A stretch of DNA of 64,000 nt from an uncultured Alphaproteobacteria bacterium (GTDB taxonomy: Bacteria; Pseudomonadota; Alphaproteobacteria; Methylaequorales; Methylaequoraceae), in contig CABZJY010000001.1 of the NCBI GenBank assembly GCA_902526175.1, forward strand, positions 66,682 through 130,681, read 5' to 3'. The notes under the pieces were generated by a model. The model saw nothing but the letters and a program-made list of their open reading frames with translations. It did not search any database and was not told the origin of the DNA. A program made the translations under genes and the position numbers. The first letter of the stretch is position 1. Each line of letters starts with the position of its first letter. Below, piece by piece: positions 31,609-44,157 of this stretch.

Positions 31609-32133
31609 ATGGATTCTACTATAATATTAATAATTTTGGGGTATGTAATTCTGGCATTCTTATTACTTATTTTTAGTATGAGAACAAGTTTCCATTGGTT
31701 TTTAAAAGCAACAATGATCACAGTTCTTACTTTCTTTTATATCACAACTTATAAGTCATTTAATGATCTACTTGGCTGGCCTACAAAAGATTCACTTCCA
31801 GATAGATTTAGGTTGATAGCAGCGCAGATATATGAACCAAATATTGTAATAAACTCTGAAGGATCAATTTATATATGGATAACTAATATGAACGAAAAAT
31901 CCGGTCTTAGCACACCTAGATCTCTTGAAATTCCATACTCAAAAGAAATACATCAGAAAATTTCTAAAGCATTAGTTAACATCAAAAATGGGGTGCCGCA
32001 GATGGGTGAAATGAGTGACGAAAATAATGAAGAGGGCATAGTGGCAAAGATATTAGAAAAGAAAAAAGCTGTAAGTAATAGCATAAAAGTAAATTTTTTT
32101 GATATGCCAAGTCAGCTCCTACCTGAAAAATAA
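31609..32133 (+). CDS. Hypothetical two-TM membrane protein
   Basis: Two N-terminal hydrophobic segments; in an operon with the MotA-like gene. Confidence 0.4.
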   Translation: MDSTIILIILGYVILAFLLLIFSMRTSFHWFLKATMITVLTFFYITTYKSFNDLLGWPTKDSLPDRFRLIAAQIYEPNIVINSEGSIYIWITNMNEKSGLSTPRSLEIPYSKEIHQKISKALVNIKNGVPQMGEMSDENNEEGIVAKILEKKKAVSNSIKVNFFDMPSQLLPEK

Positions 32134-32846
32134 TGATAATAATAAAATTTTTTTTAGCATTGCTTTCTTTGGTGTATTTGAGCTCATGTAACACTGAAAA
32201 AAAAAATTATTTTCCACTTGGAGAAGAAAGATTTTGGAGTTATCAAATAGATGTGATACCAGAAATTGAAGCAAAAAAAATCTATAAAAAAATTAATAGT
32301 GGTTTAAAAAAACAGAAAATTACAAATTCAACAACCAATGAAGAAATAACTGTATTCCCAATTCAAAGAGAAAATAATAGTATTTATTTTTATACTAAAT
32401 CTAATAATGGCATCTCAAGAATAGGAGTTCAATTCTCCGGTAATAATGATATTATTTTTGAAAAAAATAATAGATTTGTTATAAAATACCCACTTAAAAA
32501 AGGCAGTAGCTGGAACTCTATGAGTAAAACCTACCTTACTTTAAGAAGATATCCATATTTTGACTATAAAGCAATTACAGATTTTGAAATATCTAATCAG
32601 ATTATCTCTACTAATGAAGTCGTCAGAGTTCCTGCGGGTGAATTTAAAAATTGTATTCAAATTAAAGGTTCAGGGGAAACAAATTTTATAGATAGAGAGA
32701 TTGGCTCTATCAAAATTAAAATTTTAACAAATGAATGGTATGCTCCTAATATTGGTTTAATTAAAAGTGTTAGGGTTGAAGAAACTGATACTGACTTATT
32801 TGGAACAACAAAAATGGTCCAAGTACTAGATGAATATACTTTTTAA
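32133..32846 (+). CDS. Putative lipoprotein (paralog of 4700-5401)
   Basis: Lipobox YLSSC; shared FKNCIQIKGSGE and EWYAPNIGLIK blocks. Confidence 0.5.
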   Translation: MIIIKFFLALLSLVYLSSCNTEKKNYFPLGEERFWSYQIDVIPEIEAKKIYKKINSGLKKQKITNSTTNEEITVFPIQRENNSIYFYTKSNNGISRIGVQFSGNNDIIFEKNNRFVIKYPLKKGSSWNSMSKTYLTLRRYPYFDYKAITDFEISNQIISTNEVVRVPAGEFKNCIQIKGSGETNFIDREIGSIKIKILTNEWYAPNIGLIKSVRVEETDTDLFGTTKMVQVLDEYTF

Positions 32847-32848
32847 AA

Positions 32849-33850
32849 ATGAAATATTATCTAATTATACCTTTAATTTTTCTAATATTGTATCTTGGTA
32901 AATTCTTAATACTACCTCTTTTATTTTCTTTTTTGATATTTATTCTACTTAAATCAGTAAGTAATAAAATTACTTCAATTCATACATTTGGATATTCATT
33001 AAATTATTATGTATCCTTCTTTATTGTATGCCTAGGTTTATTTTTATTCTTTTATTTCATTGGTGCATTAGTAGACAATGATATTTCAAAAGTAATAGTA
33101 GATGCTAATATTTATCAAGAAAATATTCAGGAAATTATAAGCGCTATCAATACATATGAACTAAATTCGTCTCTGTTTTCTACAGATAATTTTCTGAAAG
33201 ATATTGATCTCAAAAGAATTCTATCAAATACATTAAACTTTTTTACAAATGCAGCTGGTAATATCTCACTAGTAATAATTTATTTAATTTTTTTTCTTAT
33301 AGAGGAAAAGTTTTTTAAAATTAAACTAGAAAAAATTTCTCCTAACAAATCAACAAAGCAAATATTAGAAAAAATAAATAAGCAAATCTATGAGTATTTT
33401 GAAATTAAAATATTAACAAGTTTTTTTACTGGAATTCTTACCTTTTTAATTCTTTTAGCACTATCTAATGATCTTGCAATTTTATTCGGCATTTTCTCTT
33501 TTTTATTAAATTTTATTCCTTTCATTGGTTCATTAATATCTATAGTTTTACCTGTAATTTTTTCTATAGTTCAATCATTCGATTTTTCTATTACTATATT
33601 AACGATAGTTTCTTTAATATTTGTACAACTTTTAATTGGAAACTTCATTGAACCTAAACTAATGGGTAAATCTTTAAATTTAAGTCCTATTATTATGATA
33701 ATATCTCTTGGAATTTTTGGGAAAATTTGGGGGATTGCAGGCATGTTTCTGAGTGTTCCGATTTTAGTCGTCTTGCTGATAATATTTAGTAATTTAAGTC
33801 AAACAAAAAAAATTGCTATTTTCCTATCTGAAAAAGGGAATATAAAATAA
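32849..33850 (+). CDS. AI-2E family transporter (PerM/UPF0118)
   Basis: Multi-TM with the FIPFIGSLISIVLPVIFS pattern typical of the family. Confidence 0.6.
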   Translation: MKYYLIIPLIFLILYLGKFLILPLLFSFLIFILLKSVSNKITSIHTFGYSLNYYVSFFIVCLGLFLFFYFIGALVDNDISKVIVDANIYQENIQEIISAINTYELNSSLFSTDNFLKDIDLKRILSNTLNFFTNAAGNISLVIIYLIFFLIEEKFFKIKLEKISPNKSTKQILEKINKQIYEYFEIKILTSFFTGILTFLILLALSNDLAILFGIFSFLLNFIPFIGSLISIVLPVIFSIVQSFDFSITILTIVSLIFVQLLIGNFIEPKLMGKSLNLSPIIMIISLGIFGKIWGIAGMFLSVPILVVLLIIFSNLSQTKKIAIFLSEKGNIK

Positions 33851-33851
33851 T

Positions 33852-34958
33852 TTAATATTTTGTTTTATTTATTTTATGACTTAAATCAGAAGACAAAATT
33901 AGACCAAATCCCAAAAAAGTCATTACAAGAGAAGATCCTCCGAAAGATACTAATGGTAACGGTATACCTACAACTGGAGTTAAGCCCATTACCATTGCCA
34001 TATTTAACGAAGCCGAAAGAAAAAAATTCGTTATTATTGAAATCCCAACAACTCTTGAAAAAAAATCCTTTTCTGCATTGTTTGAAATTATATAACCAAT
34101 TAGGCAAACTAAAATAAAAAGTCCTATTATAGAAATAGTACCCATAAATCCAAATTCTTCACCTAACATTGAAAATATAAAGTCTGTTTTTTTTTCAGGT
34201 AAGTAATCTAAATGTGACTGGGTTCCTTTTAACCAACCTTTGCCAAAAAAACCTCCTGAACCAATTGCGATCTCAGATTGTATAATATGGTATCCAGTCC
34301 CAAGTGGATCTTTGTAGGGATCAAAAAAAGTAAGCAATCTTTGTTTTTGATATTGATGAAGTGTGTTCCAAAGAATTGGGCTAGAGATTAGAAAAATTAT
34401 AAAACAGAAAATAAAAAATTTTATATTAACACCAACAATAAAAAATATTATAAAACCTAATGATAAAATTATTAAACCTGTACCAAGATCTGGTTGTTTG
34501 AGAATTATTAAAAATGGTAAAACAATTAGAAAAATTGGAAAGATAATAAATAAATGCTCTTTAAATGTTTGAATTTTTTTTTCATCAAAAAACTTTGCAA
34601 TTGCAAGTATTAAAACAATTTTCATTATCTCTGAAGGTTGAACATTCACCCCAAAAATATTAATCCACCTTCTTGCACCTTTTCCAACAAATCCATAGAA
34701 AGTTGCATATATTAAAAAAAATAAGCCCACAAAATACAGAATATATGCGTACTTTTGAAAGGAATTTATATTTACCATTGCTACTATAAACATTAGAAAT
34801 ATTCCTAAAATTAATTTTGAAATATGAGAATATGTTGGATTCAAACCCTCTGCTTTTGATGCACTGTAAATCATTACTATGCCCACAAATGATATAAAAA
34901 GAACCAAAGATATCAAAGTCCAGTGAAGGTTTTTAAATTTAAAAACTAGCTCTTTCAT
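33852..34958 (-). CDS. rodA: Rod shape-determining SEDS protein RodA
   Basis: FtsW/RodA/SpoVE blocks (QPSEIMK, DFIFSMLGEEFGF, GIPLPLVSFGGSS); sits downstream of mrdA. Confidence 0.85.
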   Translation of the reverse strand: MKELVFKFKNLHWTLISLVLFISFVGIVMIYSASKAEGLNPTYSHISKLILGIFLMFIVAMVNINSFQKYAYILYFVGLFFLIYATFYGFVGKGARRWINIFGVNVQPSEIMKIVLILAIAKFFDEKKIQTFKEHLFIIFPIFLIVLPFLIILKQPDLGTGLIILSLGFIIFFIVGVNIKFFIFCFIIFLISSPILWNTLHQYQKQRLLTFFDPYKDPLGTGYHIIQSEIAIGSGGFFGKGWLKGTQSHLDYLPEKKTDFIFSMLGEEFGFMGTISIIGLFILVCLIGYIISNNAEKDFFSRVVGISIITNFFLSASLNMAMVMGLTPVVGIPLPLVSFGGSSLVMTFLGFGLILSSDLSHKINKTKY

Positions 34959-36740
34959 CTAACTAATATTTTTTTTTAGGGCAAAATCGATCACCTTTCT
35001 TGCAAAAGGGGCTGCGAACTTTGAACCACTTCCATGATGCTCTAAAACTACAGAGACTGCTAATCTCGGGTTAACAAAAGGGGCATATCCGGCAAATATT
35101 GAATGATCTCTTAGATTGTATGGTAATTCCTGATTTTCCAAAACACCACTTTCTCTCTCAGTTAAAGAAATTCTTCTTACTTGTGATGTTCCAGTTTTCC
35201 CTGCCATTTGATATTTATTATTTTTGAGTTTTGAAGAAAATGCAGTACCTTTGTAATCATTAACAACATTGTACATTGATTTTCTGACAAAATTTAAATG
35301 CTCTAAAGGAATATTTAGTTTTTCAAAAGTTTCGTTTTTTCTTAAAATGCTGGGTTTAATTTTCTTACCAGCTGCAATTCTCGAAATCATAGTTGCAATT
35401 TGCAATGGTGTAGAAAGTGTAAAGCCTTGCCCAATAACAGCATTATAAGTTTCTCCTAAATGCCAAATATCTCCTTTTTTATCTTTTTTCCATTTATTGT
35501 TGGGCATTAATCCTCCTAATTCATTCGGAAGATCAACTCCAGTTTTTTTACCAATCGAAAAAATATTAGAAAATTCTGCTAATTTATCTATTTCGATAGA
35601 ATTGGCTAAATTGTAAAAATAGCAATCACATGATTCTTCTATAGCTGACGAAAGGTCCATTAATCCGTGACCTTTTCTTTTCCAACAATGAAATTTATGA
35701 TCAGCTAAAAATAAATGACCATTACAAAAAAATTTTTGATTAGGATTAAATCCAACTTCATTCAATGCCAATAATGCTACAATAAGTTTAAATGTAGATC
35801 CTGGTGAATAAAGCCCTGAAATAGATTTATTTAGCAATGGTTTCATTGGATCGTTTTTAAGAAGATTCCATTGATCTTCTCTTATTCCATAGCTAAATTC
35901 ATTAATATCGAATGAGGGGGAAGAAACAAGTGAAACTATACCACCAGTATTCACATTCATTACAACTACACTCCCACTTTTTCCTTGTAGTTGTTTGAAA
36001 CAAAATTCCTGAAGTTGTTTACTAATATTTGTATCAAGATTTTTACCTGACAAACTTTTTTTTGCCTCGAGAAGCCTTACTATCTTTCCACTTGCATGCG
36101 ATTCAATTTTTTGAAGCCCTTCTTTCCCTTGAAGTATAGAGTTATATTTTTGTTCGAAACCAGTCTTACCAATCTTGAGTTCTTGTAGTTTACTATCTTT
36201 TTTTTTGGTAGAATATCCAACATATCCAATAACATGGGAAAACGCTAAACTATTATTGTAATTTCTTACTTTTTGTTTATTAATTGACAAATAAGGAAAT
36301 AAGTAAGAATAATATTCGAAAACTTCAAGCTCGTCCCAACTTAGATTTTTTTTTACAATAATGAAGTCATCAAGCGATTTTTTTTTTAAATTTTTTTTTA
36401 TAAAATCTTTTTCTTCTTCTGAAAAAGATAAAAAATTACTTAGTTTTTTTATATTATCTGGAATCTTATGTTTATCTTCTTTTAATATCGTTATCTGATA
36501 ATCTATCCTATTTTCAGCAATCTTACTTCCTGTTGAGTCATAAATAACTCCTCTTTCAGGATAAAGAATTCGTATTTTAACTCTATTCGTATCAGAAAGT
36601 TTTCCAAATTTAGATTTATTCAATATTTGCAAATAATATAATTTTGATATTAATACAAAACTAAAAAAAGCTTTTCCCATTCCCAAAATGAATGTTCTTT
36701 TCTGAAATGTTCTAAGATCTTGTAGATTTCTATTCAACAT
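34959..36740 (-). CDS. mrdA: Penicillin-binding protein 2 (elongasome transpeptidase)
   Basis: SPGSTFK (SxxK) and KTGTS (KTG) motifs; context mreBCD-mrdA-rodA. Confidence 0.85.
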   Translation of the reverse strand: MLNRNLQDLRTFQKRTFILGMGKAFFSFVLISKLYYLQILNKSKFGKLSDTNRVKIRILYPERGVIYDSTGSKIAENRIDYQITILKEDKHKIPDNIKKLSNFLSFSEEEKDFIKKNLKKKSLDDFIIVKKNLSWDELEVFEYYSYLFPYLSINKQKVRNYNNSLAFSHVIGYVGYSTKKKDSKLQELKIGKTGFEQKYNSILQGKEGLQKIESHASGKIVRLLEAKKSLSGKNLDTNISKQLQEFCFKQLQGKSGSVVVMNVNTGGIVSLVSSPSFDINEFSYGIREDQWNLLKNDPMKPLLNKSISGLYSPGSTFKLIVALLALNEVGFNPNQKFFCNGHLFLADHKFHCWKRKGHGLMDLSSAIEESCDCYFYNLANSIEIDKLAEFSNIFSIGKKTGVDLPNELGGLMPNNKWKKDKKGDIWHLGETYNAVIGQGFTLSTPLQIATMISRIAAGKKIKPSILRKNETFEKLNIPLEHLNFVRKSMYNVVNDYKGTAFSSKLKNNKYQMAGKTGTSQVRRISLTERESGVLENQELPYNLRDHSIFAGYAPFVNPRLAVSVVLEHHGSGSKFAAPFARKVIDFALKKNIS

Positions 36741-37248
36741 ATATTTTTAACTGTTTGTTATAATATCTTACAATTAAAAATAAAAATGGGAAAGCCAACA
36801 ATGAAACTAAATTAATAATAAAAAAATCTTTAATATTAAAAATTAGATCTATTTCAGAGAGTTTTTCAAAAATAGATGAAAAAATATTTACGAATATAAT
36901 AAAAAAAGAAAACTTCACAAAGGTTATTTTTATATCAAGACTATTTAGAAATGTGTTGTCTTTTTTTTGAATAAATAAAACTAAAGATAAAAAAAAAGTT
37001 GTAAATCCAAAAAGAAAATTATTTAAAATATCAATTAATAGTCCAAGAATTAAAAGAAAAATCGGTCTGATAGATTCTGGGTTTAAACAAATCCATAAAT
37101 AAGCAATTATGAAACTCAACTGAGTTTTAACTGAAAAATCTCCAAAAAGATAAAATGGAACTGCATCAATAATTATAAACAAAATAGTAGTAGTTAAAGG
37201 GGTGCTTGTAATGAAAAGTTTTTTAAAATTAAAAGGATTATCAATCAT
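36730..37248 (-). CDS. mreD: Rod shape-determining protein MreD
   Basis: Small polytopic membrane protein between mreC and mrdA. Confidence 0.6.
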   Translation of the reverse strand: MIDNPFNFKKLFITSTPLTTTILFIIIDAVPFYLFGDFSVKTQLSFIIAYLWICLNPESIRPIFLLILGLLIDILNNFLFGFTTFFLSLVLFIQKKDNTFLNSLDIKITFVKFSFFIIFVNIFSSIFEKLSEIDLIFNIKDFFIINLVSLLAFPFLFLIVRYYNKQLKIYVE

Positions 37249-38095
37249 TATAATTTTCTAAAAGTATTTTTTTTTGGTCTTCATAATTAACAGTCATAAC
37301 ATATACTGAATCAGTTTTTTTCGCTGAAGGTAAAACAGCATAGTTGTAAGTTTTATCTTTTACTACTTTTCCTACAATTATTCCCTTTTTAAAATATCCA
37401 GAAACATCAGTTGAAATTACAAGCTCATTTTCATAAATAATACTATTTTCTGGTAAGTGCTTTATACTGAGATTTTCCATATTTCCCTCAACAAAAAATT
37501 TTATCTTAGTTGTATCTGTCATTACAGGTACAGACGATTTTGAGTCAATAAGCAATAGCACTTCTGATGATTTTTTTTTTACATCAATTACTCTTCCTAA
37601 TAATCCATTCTCATTAAAAACAGGTGAATTAATTTGTATATTTTCATCAGAACCTACATCAATAAATACTCTTGAAGAATGAATATCTGAAGGGTCGAGA
37701 ATTATTCTTGAAACAACTTTATTTATTGTTTGAGGTATTTGTAAATTAAGTAGGCTTCTCAGCTCTTCATTTTCAACCTTTAATTGATAAAATTCACTTA
37801 AAGCATTATTTGCATGTAAAAGTTTATTCTCCAATTCAAGATTGATTTCTTTAAGATTAACCATATTATTTGTCCAATCCTTAAGATTATTAATTTGATT
37901 TCCAGGTATTTGAAAGATAATGTTTATTGGAGAAAAAAAATCAACTACATGATTTCTAAGGTATCTTTGCTCCTCCTTCTTACTAAAATTTACAATTATA
38001 AATACTACTGAAATTAATAATACTAAAAATCTCTCAACAAATTCATAGTTTAATTGAGTTGGTTTTAAAAATCTGGAAAGGGACCTTTTTCTCAC
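37241..38095 (-). CDS. mreC: Rod shape-determining protein MreC
   Basis: N-terminal anchor, coiled-coil region and a GLLGRVIDV-type beta domain; sits downstream of mreB. Confidence 0.75.
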   Translation of the reverse strand: MRKRSLSRFLKPTQLNYEFVERFLVLLISVVFIIVNFSKKEEQRYLRNHVVDFFSPINIIFQIPGNQINNLKDWTNNMVNLKEINLELENKLLHANNALSEFYQLKVENEELRSLLNLQIPQTINKVVSRIILDPSDIHSSRVFIDVGSDENIQINSPVFNENGLLGRVIDVKKKSSEVLLLIDSKSSVPVMTDTTKIKFFVEGNMENLSIKHLPENSIIYENELVISTDVSGYFKKGIIVGKVVKDKTYNYAVLPSAKKTDSVYVMTVNYEDQKKILLENYND

Positions 38096-38110
38096 TATTA
38101 AAGTTACAAA

Positions 38111-39205
<1,095 letters not shown>

Positions 39206-39219
39206 TTAAATTTTTTTAA

Positions 39220-40791
39220 CTAGATAACGTGCTTATCAATTGGTTGAATTTTAGATGAAAATTTCATTGATCCTGATTTATGTTTTTCACGTTTATTAAT
39301 CAATTTATTTAAAGCGTTTATATAAGCTTTGGCTGATGCAACCATTGTATCAATATCTTTTCCTTGCCCTTGAACTGATATTCCAGACTCTTGTAACCGA
39401 ACGTTGACTTCAGCTTGAGCATCAACTCCTTTTGTTATGGAGTTTACTTGAAAAAGAATTAACTGAGCACTGTTGGCTACAATTTTTTGAATTGACTTAA
39501 ATATTGAATCAATTGGCCCCTGTCCATCAGACATAGATTTTTTTAACTTACCATCAATTTCAATTTGAATCTCTGCATTTGCATTTAAGTTTGATCCACA
39601 TTTTACCTTTAAATCTATAAATTTTATCTTACTATTTGTTGAAGATTCATCGTCTACAAGCGCAATTAAATCTTCCTCGAATAATTGTTTCTTCTTATCT
39701 GCCAAATCTTTAAATTTTTTAAATAATTTATCTAATTCTTTTTCTTTGATTTTAAAACCTAATTCCTCAAGTTTAACTTTAAAAGCATGTCTTCCAGAAT
39801 GTTTACCCAATACCAATTCTGATGAAGATAACCCAATAGATTCTGGAGTCATGATTTCATATGTATTTGAATGTTTTAGCATTCCATCTTGATGAATACC
39901 TGACTCGTGAGCGAATGCATTTTTCCCAACAATAGCTTTATTTGGTTGAACAAAAAACCCAGTTGTTTTAGATACCAAATGAGATATCTTCGAAATATTT
40001 TTTGTTTTAATACCAGTCTTATACGGGAGTAAATCCTTCCTAGTTTTTAAACACATAACTATCTCTTCTAGTGCTGCATTTCCTGCCCTCTCACCAATTC
40101 CATTTATTGTACATTCTACTTGTCGAGCACCATTGACTATGGCACTCAAGGAATTAGATACAGCTAGACCAAGATCATTATGACAATGAACAGAAATAAT
40201 CGCTTTATCAATATTGATAACATTACTTTTGATTTTTTTTATTAAATTTCCAAATTCATCTGGTATTGAATAACCTACTGTATCGGGTATGTTGATGGTT
40301 CTTGCTCCGTAATTTATAGCTATTTCTATTGTTTTGTATAAAAAGTCTCTATCTGATCTTGAAGCATCCTCTGGGGACCATTCTACATCATCAGTAAAAT
40401 TTCTCGCCATCGAAACGCTTCTTTTTATACAATCTTTAACCTCTACTTTATTCATTCTTAATTTATATTTCATGTGAAGATCACTTGTTGAAATAAAGGT
40501 ATGAATTCTGAATCTTTTTGCTTTCTTCAATGCATTTCTGGCTGCTTCAATATCTGTTCTTTGCGCCCTTGCTAAACCACAGACTATTGAGTTTTTTGAA
40601 TTTGAAGCAACCTTTTCAACTGCTTCAAAATCACCTTTTGATGCAAAAGGGAAACCAGCTTCAATTACATCAACACCCATTTCATCTAATGCTTTACCAA
40701 TCTCAATTTTTTCCTCAACTGACATAGATGCACCAGCAGATTGTTCTCCATCCCTCAGAGTAGTATCAAATATTATAATTTTGTCAGACAT
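39220..40791 (-). CDS. leuA: 2-isopropylmalate synthase
   Basis: IIFDTTLRDGEQ and HCHNDLGLAV motifs, with a C-terminal LeuA dimerisation/regulatory domain. Confidence 0.9.
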   Translation of the reverse strand: MSDKIIIFDTTLRDGEQSAGASMSVEEKIEIGKALDEMGVDVIEAGFPFASKGDFEAVEKVASNSKNSIVCGLARAQRTDIEAARNALKKAKRFRIHTFISTSDLHMKYKLRMNKVEVKDCIKRSVSMARNFTDDVEWSPEDASRSDRDFLYKTIEIAINYGARTINIPDTVGYSIPDEFGNLIKKIKSNVINIDKAIISVHCHNDLGLAVSNSLSAIVNGARQVECTINGIGERAGNAALEEIVMCLKTRKDLLPYKTGIKTKNISKISHLVSKTTGFFVQPNKAIVGKNAFAHESGIHQDGMLKHSNTYEIMTPESIGLSSSELVLGKHSGRHAFKVKLEELGFKIKEKELDKLFKKFKDLADKKKQLFEEDLIALVDDESSTNSKIKFIDLKVKCGSNLNANAEIQIEIDGKLKKSMSDGQGPIDSIFKSIQKIVANSAQLILFQVNSITKGVDAQAEVNVRLQESGISVQGQGKDIDTMVASAKAYINALNKLINKREKHKSGSMKFSSKIQPIDKHVI

Positions 40792-40814
40792 AATTTATTT
40801 ATATCATATACACG

Positions 40815-41837
<1,023 letters not shown>

Positions 41838-41848
41838 TTATCCTTACA

Positions 41849-42361
41849 CTATTTTTTAATATAATCAACACCAGAAGCCATAGAAACTAGTCCCGATCTC
41901 GTAACTTCAATAATTCCAAAAGGCCTAAGCTTTGAAATGAATTTAGAAATCTCTTTTTTATTACCAGACATTTCTAATATCATCTCAACCTCAGAATCAC
42001 TAAGAATACAAGCATTGAATTTATTGGCAATATCTAATGTTTTTTTTCTATATTGTTTTTTATTGCTTAATTTTACTAATACCAATTCTTTACCTATAAA
42101 ATACTCTTCTTCAGTAAGGTCAACAAGATTATGCACGGGGATTAATTTTAGTAATTGAGCTTTAATTTGATCAACTATAATTTTTGTACCAGATGTAACT
42201 ATAGTAACTCTAGATAAGAATTTATCTGAGTCTACCTCTGATACAGATAAACTTTCTATATTATAACCTCTTCCTGAAAATAAACCGACAACTCTTGCTA
42301 ATACTCCTGGTTCATTATCAACCATTATAGAAATAATATGCTCGTTTATTTTTTTTATCAT
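41849..42361 (-). CDS. ilvH: Acetolactate synthase small (regulatory) subunit
   Basis: ISIMVDNEPGVLARVVGLFSGRGYNIESLSV ACT domain. Confidence 0.9.
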   Translation of the reverse strand: MIKKINEHIISIMVDNEPGVLARVVGLFSGRGYNIESLSVSEVDSDKFLSRVTIVTSGTKIIVDQIKAQLLKLIPVHNLVDLTEEEYFIGKELVLVKLSNKKQYRKKTLDIANKFNACILSDSEVEMILEMSGNKKEISKFISKLRPFGIIEVTRSGLVSMASGVDYIKK

Positions 42362-42369
42362 AAAAAAAT

Positions 42370-44130
42370 TTAAACTAAAACCATTCCTTCTTCAGAATTA
42401 TTTTCATCAACTTCATCATCAGGGCCTAAAAGCATTTGATCGTGTGTAGAACCTGACGGAATCATAGGAAAACAGTTTTCTTTTTGATCCACCCAAACAT
42501 CAAATATAACTGGTTTTTTTACATTTATCATTTCTTTAATCATACCATCAAGTTCATTGGGTTTAGTTGCTCTTAATCCTAGAGCACCAAATGATTCAGC
42601 AAGTTTTACAAAATCTGGCAAAGAATCCATGTAAGATTCTGAGAGACGATTACCGTGGAGTAATTCTTGCCATTGTCTTACCATACCCATATAGTGATTA
42701 TTCAAAATAAATATCTTAACTGGTAATCTGTATTGACTCAGTGTGGACATTTCTTGAATATTCATAAGTATTGATGCTTCCCCAGCAACGTCAATGACTA
42801 AACCCCTTGGATGTGCAATTTGAACACCCATTGCAGCAGGTAATCCATATCCCATTGTGCCTAAACCACCAGAGGTCATCCAATGCTTAGGCTTGTTAAA
42901 ACTTAAATATTGAGCTGCCCACATTTGGTGTTGCCCAACTTCAGTAGTAAAGTATGGAGAAAACTTTTTTGTAAGTTCATTTAATCTTTGTAAAGCATAT
43001 TGAGGTTTAATTATTGTTTTACTATTTTTAAAATTCAAACAATCCTTTTTCTTCCATTTTTCAATTTTATTGTACCAAGCTTGGTAATTTTGTTTTTTAA
43101 ATTTTAATCCTTTCTTAATCATAATTAAATTAAGTTTTGTCAAAACTTTTGCGATATCACCCTTAATTGTTAAATCTACATTAACGCTTTTATTAAAAGA
43201 GGAAGCATCAATATCAATATGAACTTTTTTTGATTTAGGAGAAAATCCAGATACTTTTCCAGTAATTCTGTCATCAAATCTAGCACCTATACAAATCATT
43301 AGATCTGATTGATGCATCGCTAGATTAGCTTCATAAGTTCCATGCATTCCTAACATACCAAGAAATTGATAATCATCAGTAGGATAAGAACCTAAGCCCA
43401 TCAAAGTTTGTGTACAAGGGAAGTGAGTGTATTTTAGAAATTTATATAATTGTTTAGATGCGTTTATACCTGAATTAATAACACCCCCTCCAATATAAAC
43501 GATGGGTTTTTTTGTTTTTTGCAACATTTCAACGAATTGATTTAGTGACGAGTCCTGATTAATGTCTTTTGATCTATACAAAATAGGTTTTTTAAATGAA
43601 GATTTTTCTTTATTTGGGGCCTTAAATGTCTGGATATCTTTTGGAATATCAATCAATACAGGGCCTGGCCTACCATTTGATGCAATAAAAAAACCTTCAT
43701 GAATTACTTGTTGGAGTTTATTAACATCCTTTACAAGATAATTATGTTTTGTACATGGTCGTGTTATACCTACAATGTCAGCTTCTTGAAAAGCATCATT
43801 GCCGATCATGTGAGTAGGTACTTGTCCCGATATACAAACCACGGGAATTGAATCCATCATCGCATCTGCCAGACCAGTTACAGTGTTTGTTGCACCCGGT
43901 CCTGAAGTAACTAAAACAACCCCAACTTTTCCCGTAGATCTTGCATATCCCTCAGCCGCGTGCACAGCTGCTTGTTCATGCCTAACAAGAATGTGTCGTA
44001 TTTTATTTTGTTTGAAAAGTTCATCATAAATCGGTAGTACAGCTCCACCTGGATATCCAAAAATGATTTTTACATTTTCGTCAATTAAGGATTTAATTAC
44101 TAATTCTGCGCCAGTATATTTTTTTTTCAT
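42370..44130 (-). CDS. ilvI: Acetolactate synthase large subunit
   Basis: TGAELVIKSL, GYPGGAVLPIYD and the ThDP motif GGLGTMGYGLPAA...NN. The start is probably the second Met (MKKKYTG). Confidence 0.9.
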   Translation of the reverse strand: MKKKYTGAELVIKSLIDENVKIIFGYPGGAVLPIYDELFKQNKIRHILVRHEQAAVHAAEGYARSTGKVGVVLVTSGPGATNTVTGLADAMMDSIPVVCISGQVPTHMIGNDAFQEADIVGITRPCTKHNYLVKDVNKLQQVIHEGFFIASNGRPGPVLIDIPKDIQTFKAPNKEKSSFKKPILYRSKDINQDSSLNQFVEMLQKTKKPIVYIGGGVINSGINASKQLYKFLKYTHFPCTQTLMGLGSYPTDDYQFLGMLGMHGTYEANLAMHQSDLMICIGARFDDRITGKVSGFSPKSKKVHIDIDASSFNKSVNVDLTIKGDIAKVLTKLNLIMIKKGLKFKKQNYQAWYNKIEKWKKKDCLNFKNSKTIIKPQYALQRLNELTKKFSPYFTTEVGQHQMWAAQYLSFNKPKHWMTSGGLGTMGYGLPAAMGVQIAHPRGLVIDVAGEASILMNIQEMSTLSQYRLPVKIFILNNHYMGMVRQWQELLHGNRLSESYMDSLPDFVKLAESFGALGLRATKPNELDGMIKEMINVKKPVIFDVWVDQKENCFPMIPSGSTHDQMLLGPDDEVDENNSEEGMVLV

Positions 44131-44157
44131 ATAATTAAAATAAACCAAATATTTTTA

